From Octopus vulgaris (Eukaryota): a stretch of 248,000 bases of DNA. Below, in pieces: positions 238,191-248,000 of the stretch (its first letter is position 1; each line of letters begins with the position of its first letter). The position numbers and the translations under genes were made by a program. The notes under the pieces were generated by a model. The model was not told the DNA's origin. It saw only the letters and a list, made by a program, of their open reading frames with translations, and did no database searches. The stretch lies in NCBI GenBank assembly GCA_951406725.2, contig OX597814.1, positions 169,156,001-169,404,000 on the forward strand. Reading direction: 5' to 3'.

Positions 238191-238839
238191 TGATAATGAT
238201 AATAATATATTATCAAAATGAGAAATTTCTAAACCTCATATCAAGTTCCATTTGATAATGTTGTCTTTGATAATAACGATGATACACTCCTTAATTAAGT
238301 TAACTTCCTTATTTTGATATTAGTGAATTCAATTTCTTTTTTTTTTTTTAGAATTATCTGATTTATCTCTCTATGTGTAATGGAACTTTCACTGACTTTC
238401 ATATGATCATATATATAGCTAACATGATGAACAAAAGCCAAAAAGGAACCGCTGCATGTTCAATAGATCTGCTTGAAATAGCAGCCAAATTTCTTTCAAA
238501 TGACACTTTGCTAGCTGAAAAAAGAAGACACATTTGCTTGTGCTGTCCAAAATAAACACTATAACTGAAAAAAATTCTTATGATGGCCATGGCTATGATG
238601 CTCCTCTGCTACTCCAGCTCATGCTCAGAGATACACATATTGTCAGCCAACAAGGGACATGCTGGACTGGTTAAGGTCAAACAGCTGACAAGCAAAGTTG
238701 TATTGAGCACAATATTTGCTCTCGTCCATCTTTTATACTAAGACAAAGCATGTACATGATAACACTTCCAATCATTTAATATCAGAAGCCATGGGAGCCA
238801 GTGCCTGGTATTTATTGCTATTATTATTATTATTATTCA

Positions 238840-239252
238840 GTAGTTTTATTTTTATAGCGTGCTTTCACTTCACTACCGAGCGCAGCTCTGTGTGCCTTGG
238901 GTATGTGCAAGAGACAACAAGTTGGAAGTTCATGTTGGTGTCATGCTTAGGGTGCCATATATTTGGTTTTGTACATAGTGTTGTTCTAGAGAATGTTTAA
239001 GAAATCATATGAAAATTATGTTTGTTTTAAAACTTGAGATTACATAGAAAGTATTTTGCGTAGGATATGAGCAGTTCCCATGAGCACTATCATTTGAATT
239101 TTTGCCATTTTGGGGTTTCCTGGTATCTGAGCCAGGTAGCAATCAGCCCCTTTTGCTATCATTCCCAGGGCACCTATGACAACAGGTATTGTTTTAGTCT
239201 TCAGGTTCCACATTTTGCTAATTTCTATTTCAAGATCTTTATATTTGCTCAG

Positions 239253-239260
<8 letters not shown>
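238840..239260 (-). mobile_element. R4/Dong-type LINE 3' end in (TAA)n
   Basis: [31 protein letters not shown]; same UTR as 40717-40980. Confidence 0.85.
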
Positions 239261-239312
<52 letters not shown>

Positions 239313-240596
239313 AATATTATTAAGCTCCTCCCTTTGACGGAGCTGCAGTCCTGCATGAAGATTAGATTGAAACTGGGAGCCTGACACTTAGAATGTTGTC
239401 AGGCACTTACAGACCTCTACCAGTCGGTCAATGGGATCAGTGGATGTTCTACTTTAGAAATTTATAGAGTATTAGTGGTGGGGAAGTGCAACAACGTTTT
239501 CAGGAAGACTCTGGCTGGCAACAAAAATGAACTGGCTAGTCTGCTCCAGAGGACTTTCTGGTCAGAACTACCATGGCAAGCTGGCAGAAATGTTAGCATG
239601 CCATGCGAAATGCTTAGAGGTATTTCATCTGTCTTTACGTTCTGAGTTCAAATTCCGCCAAGGTCGACTTTGCCTTTCATCCTTTTGGGGTTGATAAATT
239701 AAGTACCAGTTATGCACTGGGTTCGATGTAATCGACTTAATCCCTTTGTCTGTCCTTGTTTAGCCCCTTGTGGGCAATAAAAAAATAAGGAACTACCACG
239801 GATAATTTCCAGATGTCCTTGAACTGGCAGTGCTACCAGGGGGCACTACCAGCTCAAGATAATCTCTACTGGCATGGATGTGCTATCAGACAGGCTTGTC
239901 CAAGGTGCTCGCAGAGTGATGAAATTGTTCTGCTTGCACTCATTCAGTGTCTGGGCATTGCTGACTTGTGGGTTATGTCAAACAGCTGCTATCACATGTG
240001 GGATGGATCCATCTATCAGTCGAGTCTGTAGTAATGGTTTCCCTACCTACCTCCTTCAATCAGGCAGGCAAGGCAGTTTTCCTTTGCTTAGTGGCTGTGG
240101 TAAAAGAGGTTGTTTGGTGGACAAGGCTGAAAGGCACGAGAACAGATACATTCCTCTTTGGTAGAGCTCTCACTGACTTCTTCAAGTTTCACTTGAAAAA
240201 AAATTGTGAGTGGAGCGAGAAGTGCTGTCTTCAAGTGAGTTTATTGAAAGATGGGTGAAAGTTGTGAAAAATGGCAAGAGTGGGGGAGTCAGAGAGAAGG
240301 AATTGGAGTGGACACTTGCTCTTGGTGTTCAGGGAAATCTCAGATAGTGGGGTTGCTCGATTATCCCTAAAGGTCATTCTGTATAAGGAAGGCTATCATC
240401 CTCTCCTCACTTTTGTTTTTATCCTTTGTATACTGTGTATATGTCTCTTCCCTTTCATTGTATACAGTGTATACTTACTTTTTTTATAAATATTTTATCA
240501 TTTCATCATATGTAAATCCCCATATTTTATGTCTGTCTTTGTATTGTACCCTTCATCCTTCACCCTGGTGGCAAATAAATGAAATCATTATCATTG

Positions 240597-240646
<50 letters not shown>

Positions 240647-240689
240647 TTCCTTATTTCTTGCCAGGTGTCTGTATCATTGGTAGGCCATT

Positions 240690-242760
240690 GAAATAAACAC
240701 ACCAGATTGTTCATTTACAAAGTCATGTGATAGATAAAAAGGGGAAGAAAGACAGAGAGAAAAAGGAAAAAATAAAAAATAAAAAGGTAAGCAAAGAAAA
240801 TAAAGGAAAGAAAATTCACTGCGACAATGCTCTTTTCAGTACATGCAATGAACCAGTTGAGACAATCTTTTGTACTTCCTGCATGGATGATAAACCAGGA
240901 ATCATTCTTAAATAACTTTCAGTTCCTTTTTTGATCATTGCAAGTGCTCCTATAATCACTGGTATTGTAGCTGCCTTGAGATGCCTCAGTTTTTCAAATT
241001 CAATCAACAGATCTTTATATTGTATAAGCTTATCAAATTCTTTTGCTGAGATATTATGGTTACAGGAATTACTCATGTCAATCAATGAACAAACTTTATT
241101 GTTTTGGTCTTTCACAACAATATCTGGTTTATTTGCTTTGATGATCCAGTCTGTACATACTGGAAAGTCTCAAAAAATTGTTACATTTTCTCTCTCAGTT
241201 ACAGCCTCAAGGTGGTGCTTGTGCCATTTGTCAGTAGTTTTCATTTCAAAATGCCGACACATTATCCTATGTAGATATTAGTCACCTCTGTCATGTCTTG
241301 ATTTGTACTCTACAGGTGCGAAAACCTTACACCTAAAGATTAGGTGGTCTACTGTTTCAATCCCATCATTGCTGTATTGGCACTTTGGATCTTTTCCATT
241401 TTTCATCACACTGGCTTGATAGTTCCAGGTCAATAACCTCTAATCTTGAGTAGCCAAGATAAAAACCTTCACTCTCTGCCTTTAGGCCTGAGCTCTGTAG
241501 CCACTGATGGGTCTGTTTCAGGTCTACATTAGCTTGTTTGTTATGGACCACATATTTGCATGCAGAGGCTTTTGTTCCCACTTATCAGCCAATTATTCAA
241601 ATGCATTTTGCTTTGCTATTGATTTCACCTTCTTTGCAACTATACATGAAAATTTTTTTGCTCTCCTTCGTAACAGAATGAAGCTTATTTCTTTCATGGG
241701 TTTCAACAAACTTTAACATCCAATTGTTAGATGTTTCAAGATATTTTGCCGGTCCAATAGCTCTGGGTAGGTAAAGATGATTTGTATCTGCCTTTGGGTG
241801 GTGCATCTTATTGCAAGTCAGCAGCTTACAAATTTTCGTGTCAATCTTCCTTATTTCACTCATATTCCAGTTCAACACATTGAAACTGTAAATAACAACT
241901 GGAACTGCTAAAGAATTTATAGCCAACACCTTGTTACGTGAATTTAACTCGGATTTTAGGACTGCTCAAACTCTCCTGTAACATTCCTTCCTGATCTTCT
242001 CTTTCATGCTTGATGCTGAATGCCAGAGCCCTAATTTATTCCGAGGTATTTGTAAGTTTGTTCCTGCTCAAGTTCTTTTATGTCTGTGTCAACATCTAAC
242101 ACCACTGAATGTGAGGTCTTCAATTTACCTTCCTGGAAAGTGGATTTGGCACATTTATCAAAACCAAATTCCATCCAGATGTCATCACTGAATGCTTTTA
242201 CAATATGTAGTAGTCCTTTAAGCTCATTATCACCTTTGCCATAGAGTTTTAAGTCATCCATATAAAATAGATGACTTATTTTCTTGTCGCCAATTTTATA
242301 TTCATACCCTGTTCTGTTAAGGTCCCTTGAAAGGCGTATTACGGCTCTACAGAAAATTAAAGGTGAAAGTGAGTCACCTTGGGAAATGCTGCAGTTAATA
242401 TTAATATTTTTTGTGATCAGTACTCCATTAGAATGATATAATTGGAGATTTGTATTCCACATTGACATATTGTGCTTCAGGAAGTTTGAAATCATAGGAG
242501 AAATTTTGAAGATATCCAGCAATTTCAAGATGCTTGAATGCAGTATGTTGCCAAAGGCCATTTTATAGTCAATCCATGTGGAACTGAGATTTCTGCATTT
242601 GTTATAACAGTTCTCAAGGATCATGCGATTTTGCATCCATATGAGTCTCACTGGCACCCTTTTTCTTCAGTGGGGAAAATATTGTTCTGTTCCATAAATT
242701 TATGTGTTTTCTCCATGAGGATGGATGTTGAAGTTTTATATGTCGCAGATAGACATGTTA
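240690..242760 (-). pseudogene. Degenerate R4/Dong-type LINE (RT and RLE)
   Basis: TWIDYKMAFGNILHSSI...SQGDSLSPLIFC...HLFYMDDLKLYG; KYKDLLIEF..IPVIIGALAMI. Confidence 0.8.
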
Positions 242761-243221
242761 TAGGTTAATAGTTTTGGGAAAATTTTGTTTCATTATTCTG
242801 CAAGAGGTAAGTAATACCTCTTGCTAACCAATCAAGTGTTTTTTTTAACCTTTGTATACTGTGTATATGACCCTTCTCTTTCATTTTATACAGTGTATAC
242901 TTACTTTTTTTTTATAATTATTTTATCATTTCATCATATGTAAATCCCCATATCTTATGTCTGTCTTTGTATTGTACTCCTCATCCTTCACCCTGGTGGC
243001 AAATAAATGAAATCATTATTATCATCATCATCATCATCATTAAAGTCAAAATTAAAAGAAGAGTGCCATTGTCATCTAGTGAAGGATATTTCAACATTTT
243101 GTGTGTCTTCAACATGCTCAAAAAATAATTTTGTCAATCTACTTCATTTTGGTTTATATATAAGTAACTCCTCCAGAAGATAAAAATTAAAAGAAGAGCG
243201 CCATTGTCATCTAGTGAACGA

Positions 243222-243287
<66 letters not shown>

Positions 243288-243870
243288 ACATTTGATAGTT
243301 TCAGGCAAATTTCTACTGCATCACCTGCTACACTTCTGTATTGCTGGGATGTGTGCAGCATTGTATGTTCTCTTCTGTTTTTAGGGGAGTGCATACTCTT
243401 CCTGATATGGTATTGCATGCATTTGTTTTGTTATGGGGCCTGGTTGTCATGTTTTGTTGCATTAGCATTTGTATTGTGTTGTGTATGTAATGCAAGCTAT
243501 TTTCTTCTGTTGGGTATCTATATATCCTGTAGAGTACATGTTGTGGTGGTTATATATTTTATTAGATATTTACTGCATAGAGTGGGTCTTGTTTTTGTGG
243601 ATTGTTTTGTTTGGGTAATATTATTGAATTGATAGTGTCTTGCGTAGGATGTGGGCTGTTGCTACCAGGGCTATTTTTTGGATAGTGTGTAGTGTTGAGG
243701 GTCCAGGTATAGTTTCTACATTTTTGTCCATGTGTTTTTTTATCATACTCAATGTTCCATTATTACGGTTATTGTTTTCACCTTCATGCCCCACAGCTTG
243801 AATACTTCAATTTAGAGGTCTTTATACTTTGACAATTTCTCTACTTCTTTTTGGTCAGAAGGGACTGCAA

Positions 243871-243971
<101 letters not shown>

Positions 243972-246900
243972 GCCTGTCTGCCTATCTGCCTGCCTGCCTG
244001 TCTGTCTGCCTGCCTGCCTGTCCGTCCATCCATCCGGCCGGCCGGTCAGCCAGCCAGTCATCATCATCATCATCATCATCATCATTATTATTATTATTTT
244101 TATTATTATTATTATTATCTTATAATAATTCTGCTTGCCATTACATTACTTAGCCTGTCAGAAACGCTTTCACATGATTAGAGAAAAAGAGGGAGACAGA
244201 AAAGAGAGAGAGAAAAAAAGGAAGGGGAAAAAGAGGGAGGGAGAAAAAGAGGGAAGAAGAAAAAGAGGGAGGGAGAAAAAGAGGGAAGAAGAAAAAGAGG
244301 GAGGGAGAAAAAGTGGGAGAGAGAAAACTGGGAGAGAGAAACATCCATAATGTGAAGTAGAGAGAATGTAATTGTAATGCTTCCATATGATTGGTTGAAG
244401 GGAAAGAGAGGAGAAAGAAAAAAGAGAGAGTGAAAAAGAGGATAAGGCGAAGGGTGAAAGAGGGAGTAAGAGAAAGAGGTAGAGAGAAGCATCCATGACA
244501 TGAGGTAAGGAGGAATGTAATATCTACTATGTGGTTAAAAAAGTTAGTTGAAAGTAAAGGAGGAGAGTTAAAAATACAGTTTTAGCAGAAGTATGATATT
244601 TTGATGGTAAGATTAAAGAAAGGCACACAGAGAGAGTGAGGGAGAGAGAGAGAGGAGAAAGAGAGGGGGGGAAGAGAGAGAAGAGAGAGGGAGAGAGAGA
244701 GGAGAGATGGGAGTGAAAGAGAGAGGAGAAAGAGAGGAGGGGAAGAGAGAGGAGAGAGAGGGAGAGAAAGGAGAAAGAGAGGAGTGGAAGAGAGAGGAGA
244801 GAGGGAGAGAAAGGAGAAAGAGAGGAGGGGAAGAGAGAGGAGATAGGGAGAGAAAGGAGAAAGAGAGGAGGGGAAGAGAGAGGAGAGAGAGGAGTGAAAG
244901 AGAGAGGAGAAAGAGAGGAAGAGAGGAGAGAGAGGAGGAAGGGAGAAAGAGAGAGATGGTGATGGTTGTAGTGGTGGTGGTGGTTGTGGTGGAGGTGGTG
245001 GTGATTGGATAGTGAAAAGTGTAGTTTTTTTAAAGAATTGAACTAAGTTTTTTTTTTTATATCACCTATCACTTAATGCATGTGCATAAGTGCAATTCCA
245101 TGAAATATTCAAGATTATTTGCATGGCAGATATATGCAATTTAACTAAAGGTTGTATCATATGTATAGGATATTTATTTTGTTCATGGGAAAAATGGAAA
245201 AATAAGAGTGAATATATATTTTACGAGCACTGTATTTTAAGTCTATAAAATTGTATATAAGTATATAAAATGTATAAATAAAATACATAAAGTAATCATT
245301 ATGAGTAGAAGATGAGTGACTATCTTCCCATACAGACACATAACAGGCTACGCTTTCAGGTTTTTTGGATAAAGTTTTCAGAAATAACCCAATAGGTTTA
245401 CCCTTAATTCTGTGAAATATCCATGGGTCCCGCTAGTTATTACTATTATGCTGGTGCATGCTAATTTAGTTAGCAAGTATTTTATCTTGCAGTCTGGTAA
245501 CAACAAGTCCCCTCAAATCTCAGGAATTTTTCTTAGGATTCTTGCAGAATATAGTATGGTAATTTTCAGCAGGTCAACCTTTTGAGTTTCAATTTCAATT
245601 TCTATCAGTCTTTTTGGTAGCATTTTGGGTGTTGTGCCAAATGCACCTATTATTACAGGAATAATTGTTATCTTGGTCTTCTACAATCTCCTTAGTTCTC
245701 TAGCTAGATCCTGTTATTTCTTATTTTTTTCCATTTCTCTGGAATCAATTCTGTTATCATAGGGAATTGCAAAATATATAATCTTGTATTGTTTGTTTAT
245801 TTTGTCCTTTATAATTCTGTCTGGCCTTCTTGCTTCAATAGTATGGCCAGCCGTTATGGCAAAATCCCACCAGATCTTGTAACTCTCATTGGTTCGTGCT
245901 CATACCTCTTTCCTGTTGTTTTGAAGCCACATACTCAACTAAGAATCCAATGCACTCTTTTGCCTACAAACTCATGCCTGTGCTTGTATTCTTTTTGTGC
246001 TACTAAACTGCACTCACTCAAAAGATGATTGATATTTTCATCACCTTTTCTACAGATTCTACATTTGCTGTCTGACTGAGTTTTGTTGATCTTTGCTTTA
246101 TCAGGTTTATTCTAAGGGCTTGTTCCTGAGCAGCTGTAATTAGTCTTTCTGTTTCACATTTCAAATGCCTGTTGGTCAACCAAAGCGGGCTTTACTTTAC
246201 TGGCAATTGCACCTTTGTATATCCATAGCTTGCTCTAGGTACACAAGTATGGAATTTCTACCTCTACCTTTTCTATATATCAAGCAGGATCATTTTCTTG
246301 AAGGAAGCAGAATCCCATGTTTTCCTACATATTAGACCTTTGGTCTTTGCTAGGTTAACTTTAAGGCTTTTTGGTCCCAGGTTTCCTTTTACAACTGAAA
246401 TTTTTTCCTAATTCTATAACAGGAAGCGGGGCATTAGCCCATAGCTGTTTCCTAGGATAACCAGACTTAAATTCCTGTGTTATGTTCTGCAGACCTATAA
246501 TAAATAAACAGGATCTGAGAACTAAACGTTGGTAAACTAATTCACACTGTTGTGTCTGGGGAGAGTCATTTTCTTTTTGTGTCTTATAATGTAACACACT
246601 CACAGGTAAAATTTCCACTTATTTCTTATTTTTATTTTCCTAAAATTTTCGTTGCATCTTGCCACCTTTTCAATAGTCAAGACAATAGTCAAGACTATTG
246701 AAAAGATTGCAAGACACAACGAAAATTTTAGGAAAATAAAAATAAGAAATAAGTGGAAATTTTACCGGTGAGTGTGTTAAATTATAAAGCACAAAAAGAA
246801 AATGACTCTCCCCAGACACAACAGAATATGCTTCAACACACAAACTCATATGAAGAATCTTGCAAACCAAATCCAAAAACGAAATAATTCACACTAATTT

Positions 246901-247365
246901 ACTGCTATATTCATTACAAATTCTCACCTTACTGATGACACCCCTGTATATGGTTTGCATGGCTCTCCCAAGTCTTTGATCTTACTCTCTTGGTTTTTCA
247001 GTGACCACCAGATCACAGAGCGAGGAAGATTTGGTGATTTTTTTTTGTAAATTAACTTTTTCTAGAACTACAGTTATGGAAATTTAAAATAAAAAAAATT
247101 AAATTGAACTTCATAACTCCCCTGCCCCACCCTCCTTCTCTCACTACACACACACTTCAGCAATGTAGCTATACACATGCTGTGGGCGACTCCTTTCCCT
247201 TCTTTGAACTTTTCCCTTCCTCCTTCCTGATGAAGTGCAATGCTCGAAACATCAAAAACTCTATCTTTCTACTAAACGTCAAACTAATATATTCCTTGCG
247301 CATGTCCTCTTGTTGTCTGTCAATTTCATCATTCGTTTGTATTGAAATGATTATTTATATGAATT

Positions 247366-247418
<53 letters not shown>

Positions 247419-247799
247419 TAGGTTAATTGAGTTAGAGGTGAAAATAACCATCTAAGGGATAGAAGTATCCATTACACTACTGGTGTATTACCTATATTTA
247501 CCATAGGCATACATATGCAAACACATTACACTCATAAATTATAGGTAAAGACAAGGATAATACATGGGTTTATCAAGAATCAAAATTTAAAGAAAACAGA
247601 AAATCGAGAAGTACTAATGAACCACAATTGACTTACATCAATTATTATTTATTAATTCAATGCAAAGAGACAGGAAATGGATGGGATGCAATCTATTTGC
247701 ATTGAATTAATAAATAATAATTGTTGTTCATCAGTACTTCTCCATTTTCTGTTTTCTTCATATATATATATATGTGTGTGTGCGTGTGTATATATATGT

Positions 247800-247830
<31 letters not shown>

Positions 247831-248000
247831 CATAAATATATAAATATATAGAGAGAGGGGCATATAAGCTCTCTATAACTGGAGGTAGGAAACAAACCTT
247901 TTAAGTATTATTGCTCTAATTTTTAAAGTGTGCTTCAGTTTGGATTTATAAACTAATGAGTGATTGTGTGTGTGTGTGTGTGTTTATATATATATAAGAG

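Noticed and set aside
247225-247275. Minimal hammerhead CTGATGA-AGTGCAATGCT-CGAAAC
   Set aside because: No stem III closure or NUH triplet follows, so it is treated as degenerate (likewise 33625-33655 and 134655-134690).

Overview
AT-rich, repeat-saturated animal DNA, most likely an Octopus genome. This is inferred from recalled tRNA-derived SINE families, RTE LINEs and the extreme microsatellite load. There are no CRISPR arrays, operons or long host ORFs, and almost all short ORFs in the track come from microsatellites or SINEs. The real protein-coding content is transposon-derived: two young 5'-truncated RTE LINEs (~9.05-12.95 kb and ~220.5-223.9 kb, minus strand) whose RT ORF carries an embedded PHD-type zinc finger and whose 3' UTR is a variable tandem array; R4/Dong-type RLE LINE pieces in (TAA)n; two head-to-tail Tx1/L1-like LINEs in (TCTA)n; and Penelope, Tc1/mariner, piggyBac and hAT relics. 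The most striking signal is a set of hammerhead ribozyme motifs with complete stems, many inside near-perfect fold-back (palindromic) Penelope-like elements that cluster in (TA)n at 111-113 kb and 148.7-151.3 kb. One family combines a tRNA-like Pol III head with a hammerhead. The window also holds a 28S rRNA fragment, a recent inversion with a ~420-bp inverted duplication, two minisatellites, two CpG-retaining domains, and a series of small minus-strand candidate exons that may belong to one long unidentified host gene (low confidence; rival plus-strand candidates exist).
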